64,000 nucleotides of DNA from a virus. Made by a program: the position numbers and the translations under genes. The DNA lies in the IMG/VR virus record IMGVR_UViG_3300045988_089273; one strand, 5' to 3'. Under the pieces are notes generated by a model. That model was not told the origin of the DNA, searched no databases, and worked only from the letters and a program-made list of their open reading frames with translations. Of this stretch, positions 23,215 to 31,984 are shown piece after piece (the first letter of the stretch is position 1; each line of letters begins with the position of its first letter).

Positions 23215-24528
23215 CTATCCAAACGCTACCTGTCCGTTATTCTGCATGTAAATCACCGGCGCAGCTTTGCGCTCTCCGACTTTCAGATACGGGCAATTTG
23301 CTTTCACGAGTGCTTCTGCCATAACCGGCACAACACTGTTCCCGATTCTTGCTACCTGTTTTGCAATCGGGTAATTTCTCCATTTATAGTCCCGATCAAT
23401 GATGTAATCTTTTGGAAATCCCTGCATCACCTTTAATTCTTCCGGCTTTAGCATTCTGAGAAAGATATCTGAAATAATGTATTTCTCTCCATGGATATCA
23501 ACCAGAACATTTACTAGACCGAATCTGTCTTTTGTGGTGATAGTCCCGAGTGGCTCATTAAGCACCTGTCCACACCCTGTTCCGTAATATTTAACCAGAA
23601 AAGCGGATATCACGCCGAAGTGACCGGGCGATGTGGTTATCGTATGCAACGGCTCATCACATCCCTGACCGATTCCAGTCTTGTAATATTTCGTGATAAA
23701 AGCTGTCACAAGACCATATCTGTTTGATGTATCAATAGTCTTAATCGGCTCAGTCAGTAATTGTCCTCTGGAATCGCCTTGCCTGGTTTCTCCGTGATAT
23801 TGAATTATGAATGCTAATGCATCTTTATTTTTCACAATGTAAGGATCTGGATTATCAACGATATATTTTTTGATTCCATTTGCAATGCGTTTCTGTGTTG
23901 CTTCTGCCAATGGTTTTGGACGGTCAAAGATACTTTTGCCTAAGTCTGACCAATCAATGTAGTCTCCACACTGCTCGTATCGTTTCAGGCCGTCTATTCC
24001 GAAACGATTATGTGTAGGATTTGGCCATATTATCTTCTTTCCATCCCTGCGGAACACTGCATACCAACGTTTCCTTGTAGTCGGCGCTCCATAATCCGCA
24101 GCTACCAGTTCCCGGCTGTCAAATTCATAACCAATATTTTCCATTGCTGAAATGAATTTTCGATAATCTTCACCGGCTCTTTCCTTGATCGGATGCCCTT
24201 TCTCATCGAGTGGTCCCCATTGTTGTATTTCTTCCACGTTCTCCATGATAATCACATCTGGGAGAATTGCTTTTGCGTGTTTATATACAGCCCATGGAAG
24301 AATGCGAAGCCCTTGTTTCCTCGGCTGACCGCCTTTCGCTTTTGAATGGCTTGTGCAGTCCGGGGAAGCCCACATCAACGCTACGTGCTGATTTCCGACA
24401 TATTTCTGTAAATCTACTTTGAAAATATCCTCTGTCAGATGCAGTGTTCCAGGGTGATTCGTCTTGTGCATCAGGATAGCGTCGGGGTCGTGGTTGATTG
24501 CTATGTCTACTGATCTGCCGAGTGCCAT
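23215..24528 (-). CDS. DNA (cytosine-5)-methyltransferase, open frame lacking motif I
   Basis: Motifs seen are PDCTSHSKA (motif IV PC), IIMENVEE (motif VI ENV), ADYGAPTTRKRWY (motif VIII) and IGNSVVP (motif X). Motif I (DCFAG-x-GGGG) lies upstream in the same frame behind a TGA at 24559..24561, with an ATG at 24597. Confidence 0.85.
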   Translation of the reverse strand: MALGRSVDIAINHDPDAILMHKTNHPGTLHLTEDIFKVDLQKYVGNQHVALMWASPDCTSHSKAKGGQPRKQGLRILPWAVYKHAKAILPDVIIMENVEEIQQWGPLDEKGHPIKERAGEDYRKFISAMENIGYEFDSRELVAADYGAPTTRKRWYAVFRRDGKKIIWPNPTHNRFGIDGLKRYEQCGDYIDWSDLGKSIFDRPKPLAEATQKRIANGIKKYIVDNPDPYIVKNKDALAFIIQYHGETRQGDSRGQLLTEPIKTIDTSNRYGLVTAFITKYYKTGIGQGCDEPLHTITTSPGHFGVISAFLVKYYGTGCGQVLNEPLGTITTKDRFGLVNVLVDIHGEKYIISDIFLRMLKPEELKVMQGFPKDYIIDRDYKWRNYPIAKQVARIGNSVVPVMAEALVKANCPYLKVGERKAAPVIYMQNNGQVAFG

Positions 24529-24574
24529 CTCAATTCCTACTGAAGCGCCACCTCCGCCTCAGCCTGCGAAACAA

Positions 24575-25039
24575 TCAATTATTAACTGTTTCTGCATCTG
24601 GCATCACCTCGCTTTCTCCGAATCCAAATTCCTTGTTAATATCAAAAGAATCAAATTCAATCTGCAAACCCATTTCTTCCTTAATTTCCTTGTATGCTGC
24701 TTCAACACCGACTTCCTCAACATATCTTTCGGCTTCAGTAATCTTATCAATGAAATTCTGGTTCGCTTTCTTGAATCCCCATGCTTTTTTGATTGCAATA
24801 ACAGAAATTAAAATATTTGCCACAGCAATATAGTCTTCTGCTTTCCACAGCTTTTCCTGTGATTCTTTGATAAGCTGCTCTTTGATTTCCTGTTCTCTGG
24901 CGTTCAAATATGCTTTAAGAGATTCAATTCTTACGCCAGTCTGTCTGGATATCTGTTCCATTGTAAAATTGGTTATGTTAAGTGGCGCAGGGATTGAGTT
25001 CTTTTGGATTTTTGGCTTTTTGATCTTCAATTTTCCCAT
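24575..25039 (-). CDS. hypothetical protein (154 aa)
   Basis: ORF-track frame. Basic N-terminus and acidic C-terminus. Confidence 0.6.
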   Translation of the reverse strand: MGKLKIKKPKIQKNSIPAPLNITNFTMEQISRQTGVRIESLKAYLNAREQEIKEQLIKESQEKLWKAEDYIAVANILISVIAIKKAWGFKKANQNFIDKITEAERYVEEVGVEAAYKEIKEEMGLQIEFDSFDINKEFGFGESEVMPDAETVNN

Positions 25040-25284
25040 CCAACAGCCCTCCTTATTTTGCCTGCCAGAGCATCAAACTCCATCAACATTCTCCTATCGT
25101 TTTTATTTGATTTGCAGATTGTGTCCCGGCCATCGTACACAATCGCATATCTTTCATCGAGCAGACAGGCTGAATAAACCGCCCTTGATACCTGGCTCCT
25201 TGTTTTTCCCGTCAGCTCTGAAATCTGATCAATGGTCATTTCTCCAACATACTTCATTCCGTCATATACGTCATACAGTTTCAT
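25027..25284 (-). CDS. small HTH protein (85 aa)
   Basis: MTIDQISELTGKTRSQVSRAVYS is HTH-like. Confidence 0.5.
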   Translation of the reverse strand: MKLYDVYDGMKYVGEMTIDQISELTGKTRSQVSRAVYSACLLDERYAIVYDGRDTICKSNKNDRRMLMEFDALAGKIRRAVGWEN

Positions 25285-25528
25285 GTTTCTTTACTCCTAT
25301 CAGTTCGTATGTCCTGTGCGAACCAGTTCCGTGAAATACAATCAGTCCATCGTCCTCGAACTGCCTTAGATGCCTCTGAACGGCTGTCATGCTAATTTCC
25401 AGTTCATCAGATATAATTCTTGTCGGCGGTGTGCCTTTATGCGATTTTGAGTATTTCAAAATAAAATAATAAATATCCCGGCGGTTCTGCTTCCATTCCA
25501 TATGTTTTCGATGTCTAAAATTATCCAT
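25271..25528 (-). CDS. winged-helix DNA-binding protein (85 aa)
   Basis: ISDELEISMTAVQRHLRQFEDDGLIVFHGTGSHRTYELI resembles MarR/LexA-N type wHTH domains. Confidence 0.55.
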   Translation of the reverse strand: MDNFRHRKHMEWKQNRRDIYYFILKYSKSHKGTPPTRIISDELEISMTAVQRHLRQFEDDGLIVFHGTGSHRTYELIGVKKHETV

Positions 25529-25530
25529 TT

Positions 25531-26154
25531 TTACGATTCCTTTTCGTATGTTTTCTCATCAATCAAGTTCTGAAACTTTTCAAAAGCCCGGATTGATACT
25601 TTGTTACCCTGTTTCTCCGGTTTTAGTGAAACTTGCAAGTGTGTATCTATGATGTGCGACAGTTCTCTGGCGAGGGATTTCTTGCCCTGCTGTACACCTT
25701 GCATATATGTCTTTGGCGGTTTATACTGTCCTGTTACTTGCTTTCCTGTCGACTGCCCACCTGCTGTGATGTTATACATCTGAAAACCTTTGTCAGCAAA
25801 AGATTTGATCGTTTCAATTTCTTTCTGGTCGAGTTCACTCTTTTTACAGGTCATATATGTAAGTTTCCATCCAGTGGGGTTACTTTCACTGTAAAATTTA
25901 TGTTTTTTAAGACTTAACGCTATGTGATCGTATTCTCCTAAATGGCTCGCACATCTCTCACAAAGGCTAACTGCCTGCCCTACGTAGCTTCTTCTTATTC
26001 CTGCTTCATCAGTTCTGTAAAAAGCATATATGCCGCTTGAATATGGAATACCCGGGCATATTTCTCTTATTTTTTTCTCACGTTGACTTTTCATCATATA
26101 AATTTGTCTGTAATTTATTTTTTTCATTATTAAAGACTTATCACCTCGATTCAT
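25531..26154 (-). CDS. GIY-YIG nuclease domain protein
   Basis: SGIYAFYRTDEAGIRRSYVGQA (GIY...YVG) followed by R/H/E/N positions (CERCASHLGE, EIETIKSF, YNITAGG). The start is uncertain: ATG 26154 has no clear RBS. Confidence 0.6.
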   Translation of the reverse strand: MNRGDKSLIMKKINYRQIYMMKSQREKKIREICPGIPYSSGIYAFYRTDEAGIRRSYVGQAVSLCERCASHLGEYDHIALSLKKHKFYSESNPTGWKLTYMTCKKSELDQKEIETIKSFADKGFQMYNITAGGQSTGKQVTGQYKPPKTYMQGVQQGKKSLARELSHIIDTHLQVSLKPEKQGNKVSIRAFEKFQNLIDEKTYEKES

Positions 26155-26178
26155 TTTCGGTGCGTCTTTGATACCATT

Positions 26179-26234
26179 ATGATACCACTTTGATACCTGT
26201 ATTGCAAGGCAAAAATGATACCACTTTGGTACCT
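26179..26234. promoter_or_regulatory. two 20-bp direct repeats (ATGATACCACTTTGRTACCT), operator-like
   Basis: Copies at 26179..26198 and 26215..26234 are 19/20 identical. A further GATACCA half-site lies at 26170..26176. They sit just upstream of and touch the promoter. Confidence 0.55.
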
Positions 26235-26236
26235 AA

Positions 26237-26265
26237 TTGACACCGACAGGCAAAAATGCTACAAT
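26237..26265 (+). promoter_or_regulatory. near-consensus sigma-70 promoter (TTGACA, 17 nt, TACAAT)
   Basis: Hexamers at 26237..26242 and 26260..26265 with exact 17-nt spacing, 28 nt before the RHH gene. Confidence 0.65.
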
Positions 26266-26292
26266 GTTCTAAAAACAAGGGAGGGATTTCAT

Positions 26293-26445
26293 ATGACCGT
26301 CAAGTCTGATAAGACCAGAACTAACATCACGTTCCCGATACAGCTCAAAGAACAGCTTGAGCAGATTGCCAAGCAGGAGAACAGGAGTTTTAATAATCTG
26401 GTCATTACTGTTCTCCAAGATTTTGTAAAAAGTGCCGATAAATAG
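26293..26445 (+). CDS. ribbon-helix-helix (CopG/Arc-type) regulator (50 aa)
   Basis: Start at ATG 26293 with a GGGAGGG RBS. TRTNITFPIQLKEQLEQIAKQENRSFNNLVITVLQDFV shows the beta-alpha-alpha pattern. Confidence 0.65.
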   Translation: MTVKSDKTRTNITFPIQLKEQLEQIAKQENRSFNNLVITVLQDFVKSADK

Positions 26446-26457
26446 TCGGTGCTTTTT

Positions 26458-26721
26458 TTAATTTTCCCTGTATGGTTCTGGGTACGGCATCCATGCCACT
26501 ACTTTCCCGCCCAGTTTTAATAAATCATTCTTCCATTTACCATCTACTGTATGCGCGCTTTGAACAAACAAACTCTGCTTAAGCAAAATTGTAACCAAAA
26601 CATCTTCGGAAATTTTCTCGAACATTGCTTCTTTCCATTTACTTGTCCCTTTAAACTTAGCAAACATTGAATCTCTTTCTTCTGGCATTTTCTCACTTAC
26701 TGGAATCCATCTATTTTTCAT
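26458..26721 (-). CDS. DUF551-like phage protein (second copy)
   Basis: WIPVSEKMPEERD...VVAWMPYPEPYREN. Confidence 0.6.
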   Translation of the reverse strand: MKNRWIPVSEKMPEERDSMFAKFKGTSKWKEAMFEKISEDVLVTILLKQSLFVQSAHTVDGKWKNDLLKLGGKVVAWMPYPEPYREN

Positions 26722-26733
26722 TTCTTTCTCCTT

Positions 26734-27270
26734 TCAAAACGGACATAAATTCAAGTCAACATCCAGTCCCGGTCTTGCGATCTGCACCAGAACATCATCC
26801 CCTGCAACGTTCTGTATCTCTTTCTGCATCACTTCCGGATTTCCCCATCCCTCTGACAGGTGACACAGCGTTATGGTTCTGAGCGAAGCGGTCTTGTTCA
26901 CTCGGATAATCTCTTTTACAGTAGATAAGCTGCTGTGCCCCCGGATGGAGTGTTCAAACTTAAATGAATCCTGTTCCGGCGATTCGTCAAGATGATTACA
27001 TTCTATAAGGAAGTGATTTATTCTCATGTTCTTGAATGTGAACGGCAAATATGAGAAGTCTGTCGCATATATCAGTCGTCCACATTCTTCATGAGATATC
27101 AGGTATGCAAAGTTTGGTGTCTTGTCGTGTGGGACGTAGAAAGGCGTTGCCCGGAACGAACCTATGTCCTTCGATTTCTTCTCTGGTAAGCCAATCATCA
27201 GCTCACCAGAGATTACATTTACACTCTTAACTGTCTCGTCATTGGTGTAAATTTGAATGCCGGCGTTCAA
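26734..27270 (-). pseudogene. MBL-fold hydrolase, C-terminal fragment
   Basis: The frame is open back to 27300, where it reads GDHKKSYKEILNAGIQIY. That is the second half of an HxHxDH motif whose first half lies in another frame upstream. Confidence 0.6.
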
Positions 27271-27304
27271 TATTTCTTTGTACGACTTCTTATGGTCTCC
27301 TTAA

Positions 27305-27481
27305 TTAACCATGTTCATGACTTAGCAAACACCCCGAAACTTCTGATATCCTGTAGGAAATTCCTTTCAGGATTTCTGAGTATCTGCATCCGCAATCCAG
27401 AAGCAATGTTTCACCAGATTCAGATTTAAGCGCATAACAGTTTCCCGGCTGACTTCCTGTGTTTATTATTTTCATGAACAT
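27305..27481 (-). pseudogene. MBL-fold hydrolase, N-terminal fragment (58 codons)
   Basis: ATG 27481 with a GAGGTG RBS. MFMKIINTGSQPGNCYALKSESGETLLLDCGC...CLLSHEHG then hits TAA inside the palindrome TTAATTAA (27301..27308). Confidence 0.6.
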
Positions 27482-27503
27482 TTTTCATCACCTCGCTTTC
27501 TGT

Positions 27504-27713
27504 TTATTTGTAGCTATTTAAAATTAAAGAAGCAGTTTCTCCAATCATATTTTTATCGTCCTGCTGATATGGAGGAGTTTCGCACCATAATTCTTTCATA
27601 TCTTTTAAATCTGTAGCCACCATTGCGTCCCTTATTAATTGAAGCTCTTTAAGCGATAATTCCACAGTCACAATGGAATCCCAATTTATTTTCTTTCTTC
27701 CTACCTCTTTCAT
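27504..27713 (-). CDS. hypothetical protein (69 aa)
   Basis: ATGA overlap with the upstream stop at 27710..27713. Confidence 0.55.
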   Translation of the reverse strand: MKEVGRKKINWDSIVTVELSLKELQLIRDAMVATDLKDMKELWCETPPYQQDDKNMIGETASLILNSYK

Positions 27714-28063
27714 ACTTCATCATCCCCCGGGAATCTGAATACAATGTTTGCCGGTTCAAATTTCATATCTGGACTGCTAACCATGGTTTTGATGATTCCA
27801 AAACCTCTTGCAGCCATTTTTATACATTCCTCGTAATCGTCATCACTCATTTCAACGTTTTGTGATAAAAACATTCCTGCATACACTCTATTTAACATTT
27901 CCATTGCTTTCTGGCACTTTTCTCGGCTTTCATAAACTGCCATAATATATGGACTTTGCTGTATCCCTCCGGCAAATACCGCCTGTATGTAGTTGTCTGA
28001 AACAAGCAACGCTGTCATTTCGTACGGAAGATTGATTTTTCCATCCTGCGATATAATCCTCAT
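27710..28063 (-). CDS. hypothetical protein (117 aa)
   Basis: Start at ATG 28063 (MRIISQDGK...) with GAGGTG 6 nt upstream. Confidence 0.6.
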   Translation of the reverse strand: MRIISQDGKINLPYEMTALLVSDNYIQAVFAGGIQQSPYIMAVYESREKCQKAMEMLNRVYAGMFLSQNVEMSDDDYEECIKMAARGFGIIKTMVSSPDMKFEPANIVFRFPGDDEV

Positions 28064-28202
28064 AGTTCTCACCTCGTTTCTCGAAATAGTCTTTTACCGA
28101 CTCATAGTACGGGCAGTTTTCACACCGCCCGATACAAGCCATATATTTCCCAAATTTTCCTGAGTCGCACCGATCAAAATTGATACAGTCGAAGTGCATC
28201 AT
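27930..28202 (-). CDS. possible Cys-rich ORF overlapping the next gene by 134 nt
   Basis: The N-terminal part HFDCINFDRCDSGKFGKYMACIGRCENCPYYE looks protein-like. The last ~45 codons overlap 27710..28063 in another frame and may not be translated. Confidence 0.3.
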   Translation of the reverse strand: MMHFDCINFDRCDSGKFGKYMACIGRCENCPYYESVKDYFEKRGENYEDYIAGWKNQSSVRNDSVACFRQLHTGGICRRDTAKSIYYGSL

Positions 28203-28208
28203 ATGCGA

Positions 28209-29315
28209 TCACATCTCTTCTGGCTTCATAAAATCTGGAATGCTTGATTCCTGTCCTGCTGCCGGAACTGGTTCTTTCTCGGCAGTCTTTACGATTTCTG
28301 CGACTGTAGACTGTTTTGGCTGTTCTTCGATTGCAGCTGGCTCGTCTGGGACAAATTCTTCTACATTGGCATTCTGCTCGATTTCTTCTTGTACTTCTCT
28401 GTATGTAGCGTCCATCATGTTATATTCGTAAGCCTGCACTGGATTGTCCCATCTTTTAGGAATGGATTTCATAATGTTATTTCGCATCTTACGAATAATC
28501 ATTGATTCTCTTGACTGTGTTTCATAATAAGACGGTGAAATATACGGTCTTAATTCCTCACAGTCAATGATTGCTTCCAGTTCTCCAATGTCAGCGACCT
28601 TTTTCATGATCTCTTTTTTCTTTGCTTCAATCTGGGCTTTCTGCGCATCTGTAGCTTTATATCTATCTGCACAGATTCCAAAAGTTTCATTCTGGAGATT
28701 ATTCTTGATATGTGCCGCAAGATTCTTCAAAACATCTGCTCTTTCGCAAGAAAGATATTCAATATGCCCGTCTTTGTACTGAATAGGATATACGATACGA
28801 ACCACCTTACCTACACCAGATTCTTCCCACTCTGGCGGCGTGATTTCTACACCTCTGTGTCTCGGCGGTGTATATTTGTCACCCTCTCTAACTTTCCAGT
28901 ACGGGAATACTTTAGCTACATTGACGCCGTATCTACTTACAAGAGCATCGTATCCATCACCCTCAACCGCAAATTCGACTTTCTTTTCCCATTGAGGTTT
29001 CTGCCCTTTCGCCGCTACGTTTACGTTTCTGATCTGGAAATAACACTCTCTCGGCTGCGCGTTTGCATTCAGTTTCAACGCTGCGACTTTGCTCAGGATA
29101 AATTTAAGATTAGAACCGTTGATTGCTTCAAAACTTACACCGCTCTCATGCACCATCTGGAAAATGGATCCCATTGCCGCTACTACACAATCTTTTGAGT
29201 ATGAATCAAATTCCATTCCTCTTGAAGTTAAATCTCTTTCCATTAAATCAACATAACGATTTGTGTAATAAGAAAGCTGTGTGTTAAAGTTTGCTACCTG
29301 TGTGTTTTCTGCCAT
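28209..29315 (-). CDS. RecT-like single-strand annealing protein
   Basis: 368 aa. Its position next to the SSB-like and ATPase genes and its central region (ECYFQIRNVN...GDGYDALVSRYGVNV...VREGDKY) resemble RecT. Assignment is by eye only. Confidence 0.5.
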   Translation of the reverse strand: MAENTQVANFNTQLSYYTNRYVDLMERDLTSRGMEFDSYSKDCVVAAMGSIFQMVHESGVSFEAINGSNLKFILSKVAALKLNANAQPRECYFQIRNVNVAAKGQKPQWEKKVEFAVEGDGYDALVSRYGVNVAKVFPYWKVREGDKYTPPRHRGVEITPPEWEESGVGKVVRIVYPIQYKDGHIEYLSCERADVLKNLAAHIKNNLQNETFGICADRYKATDAQKAQIEAKKKEIMKKVADIGELEAIIDCEELRPYISPSYYETQSRESMIIRKMRNNIMKSIPKRWDNPVQAYEYNMMDATYREVQEEIEQNANVEEFVPDEPAAIEEQPKQSTVAEIVKTAEKEPVPAAGQESSIPDFMKPEEM

Positions 29316-29337
29316 TTTGTATCTCCTTTTCTTATAA

Positions 29338-31365
29338 TCAAACTTTTGTTACCGTCATATCCCCCTCAGCAACTTTCAATAATATCAACTGCGCATCTGC
29401 CTTAATACCTGACAGACTGCTGTTGTCCAGTTCTGCTGCACAGTCTACGAATATCGGATAACTCACGCCGTAAAACTTCTGCAAGCCGTCCATGATAGCA
29501 ATTTTGCCTTTCATCATCAGGGCTGTATTGGCGTTCCCGATCAGTTTCTTCCAGTTACCATCCTTATCCTGCACGTACCAGATACAAGCATCTACTACTT
29601 CACCATTTTTCTGCGTATCGAACAGTTTTACCTTAACTCCGTCAAAATACTGGTTTACCGCATCTTCAAGGGCTGTATTTTTCGCCATGCTCAGTGATTT
29701 CAGTTCATCCAGAATCATTTGTGCGTCAGCCTTATTTTGTGCGTACTGCTTCTGGCTTTCCTGAAGCTTCTCAATCTGCTCATCAATTCGGACATTATTG
29801 TTGGTTTCACCGATTTTCTGATTAACTGCTGCCAGTTCCTGTTTCTTATCGAATAACTGCTCTGAAAGCTGTTTCTTTGCTTCTTCGCAATCGTCCAGAG
29901 AATTAAGCTCCTGCTGTTTTTCTTTGATTGATATAAGAATCTGCTGATATTCGGCGTTCCCTGAGAAACCTGGTTCTTTCGGTATGGCTTCCAGATTCTT
30001 ATTTTCTGCATCCAGAGAAGTTTTGATCTGCTCTAGTTCATCTGCCAGTTTGGAAATTTCAGATGTGAGAGTTTCTTCCTGCTTATGCGCTTCTTTCATA
30101 TCGGCAGACGCTTTGTTTCCAACCTGAATAACTTCATCAAGTTTGCGTTTCTTGTCCTGTTCCCATTCTTCCTTAGCCTTTAACTGCTGATTGATTCTTT
30201 CCTGCTTCTTCTGTTCAAATCTGCTCTTTAACTGCTCAATCTGCTCTGGTGGAAGATTCTGACCGCAAGTCGGGCAAATGGTCTCTGCATCTTTGAATGT
30301 CTCAGATTCAATGTTCTCCAGAGCTGTGTTGTCCCATTCCGTATCTTTGATTTTTGGATATTGCGTTCTAGCGTTCTGTAATTTTTCAAGGAGTTCTTTC
30401 TTCTGTGTTCTCAAACTCTCTAATGCAAAAGTCTTTTTATTTAACTCCGATGTTTTAATGTTCCTGTCTAATTCAAGATCAGTGATCTTGTTGCAAACCA
30501 ATGATTTCTGTTTTAACGAGTCTGCTTTAGCCCTTGATTCTGCTTCTAGCAGCCTAGTTCTTAACCCTGCCAGTTCTGCTTTAATCTCTCCGGCTTTCTC
30601 GTTGCCTGCCTGCGTAATCTGCTTTTCAAGGTCAGAAAGCTGTTCCTGCAAGGCATTCTTCTGCAATTCCAGTTCGGCGGTATCAGCATCAACTTTTGAC
30701 TGCTCCATACCGATAATCTGGTTTGGAATGGCTTTCAACTGTTCTTCTGTCTTTTTCAGCGTTGCGCTGTTCATGGCTTTAATTTCATCTGCCTTGTAGG
30801 TTTCCAGAAACGGTACTAACTCGGCACAATCTGGAACTGTCTTGGCAATCTCTAAATCTGATTTCCCGGCACCGTCTGACATGGAAAACAGAATCTTTCT
30901 GGCATCTGCGTCTTTCAGGTCTGTGAAGATTTCCATGTGAGACAGCATAAGGAAATTATCAAAGTCAAACCCACGTTCTTTCAAATCGGCTTTAAAATCT
31001 CTTTCGGCTTTCGGAACGCCGTTGATTTCGTACTTGTTTGATAATGCAACCTTGCCCGGTTTCCCGCCCTTTGGTTTGCTTTCTGTGCGCTTCTGGAACT
31101 TTGCTACGCTTACCGGCTTCCCATCAATTACAAGGTCAATATCGACTCTTGGCAGACATTCTCTACCATCATCCGGTCTGATATCTGGGTTGCTCTTTAA
31201 ACTGTAATCCTTGTCACAGAACACCCACATAAAGGCATCTACCAGTGTGGTTTTCCCGCATCCGTTCTTCCCAGAAACGATTGTTCTGTGTCTGAACTCT
31301 ATTTTCTTTTCTGATTGGCCTTTAAAATCGGTCAATCTAATTTCTCTTACTTCGATTTTCTTCAT
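29338..31365 (-). CDS. Rad50/SbcC-like SMC-type ATPase with CxxC zinc hook
   Basis: Walker A GKNGCGKTT at the N-terminus, ~450 aa of coiled coil with a central CPTCGQ hook, and a C-terminal FVDCAAELD (Walker B/D-loop-like). Confidence 0.75.
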   Translation of the reverse strand: MKKIEVREIRLTDFKGQSEKKIEFRHRTIVSGKNGCGKTTLVDAFMWVFCDKDYSLKSNPDIRPDDGRECLPRVDIDLVIDGKPVSVAKFQKRTESKPKGGKPGKVALSNKYEINGVPKAERDFKADLKERGFDFDNFLMLSHMEIFTDLKDADARKILFSMSDGAGKSDLEIAKTVPDCAELVPFLETYKADEIKAMNSATLKKTEEQLKAIPNQIIGMEQSKVDADTAELELQKNALQEQLSDLEKQITQAGNEKAGEIKAELAGLRTRLLEAESRAKADSLKQKSLVCNKITDLELDRNIKTSELNKKTFALESLRTQKKELLEKLQNARTQYPKIKDTEWDNTALENIESETFKDAETICPTCGQNLPPEQIEQLKSRFEQKKQERINQQLKAKEEWEQDKKRKLDEVIQVGNKASADMKEAHKQEETLTSEISKLADELEQIKTSLDAENKNLEAIPKEPGFSGNAEYQQILISIKEKQQELNSLDDCEEAKKQLSEQLFDKKQELAAVNQKIGETNNNVRIDEQIEKLQESQKQYAQNKADAQMILDELKSLSMAKNTALEDAVNQYFDGVKVKLFDTQKNGEVVDACIWYVQDKDGNWKKLIGNANTALMMKGKIAIMDGLQKFYGVSYPIFVDCAAELDNSSLSGIKADAQLILLKVAEGDMTVTKV

Positions 31366-31366
31366 A

Positions 31367-31984
31367 TTACAAAATCTCCAATCTTTTTACCGATACTTCC
31401 AACGCTGTTACCCATGATTGACTCTGATCAGACCACAGTTCCCGGCTCTGGAATCTTCCGTAGAGTTTGACTTTCACCCCTTTTTCCAGATTCTCTACGG
31501 CATCTGCGTTTTCCTCCCAGCACAAACAACTGATTGCGTCTGATCTGGTATATCCGGCTTTCTTCTTTCTGTTTACCGCCAGAAGTATTCTTGCCAGCTT
31601 CCTGTCGTTGTTTGTGCCAATCATCTTTATTGTTGGTTCTTTAATCAGATATCCAGTCAGATAAACTTCGTTTGCATCGTGTTCTTCCAACCTTTCAAGG
31701 TACTGAATGTTCATTGCTCTTACATACGCTGTAAGGCTTTTCTTACCATCTTCCCGGACTGTACGGCTTCGCATTTCGCCATATACACTGGCAATCAGCT
31801 CTGTTTCCCTTGAAATCATGTATTCCGGCACAATAATCGGAAGAATGTCATAGGATGTACTCTTTCTGAATATTGTCATTCTTCCCTCGTACATCTTGGT
31901 TCCACCGTATTCTTCATGTGAGAATACGAACCCTGCCGGAATGTCACCTGATAAAAGTACCTGGTTCTCATCTCGCATCTTCAT
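31367..31984 (-). CDS. OB-fold ssDNA-binding-like protein
   Basis: NEVYLTGYLIKEPTIK...ARILLAVNRKK...CWEENADAVENLEKGVKVKLYGRFQSRELW follows the SSB pattern. Start at ATG 31984 with a GAAGGTGA RBS. Confidence 0.5.
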   Translation of the reverse strand: MKMRDENQVLLSGDIPAGFVFSHEEYGGTKMYEGRMTIFRKSTSYDILPIIVPEYMISRETELIASVYGEMRSRTVREDGKKSLTAYVRAMNIQYLERLEEHDANEVYLTGYLIKEPTIKMIGTNNDRKLARILLAVNRKKKAGYTRSDAISCLCWEENADAVENLEKGVKVKLYGRFQSRELWSDQSQSWVTALEVSVKRLEIL

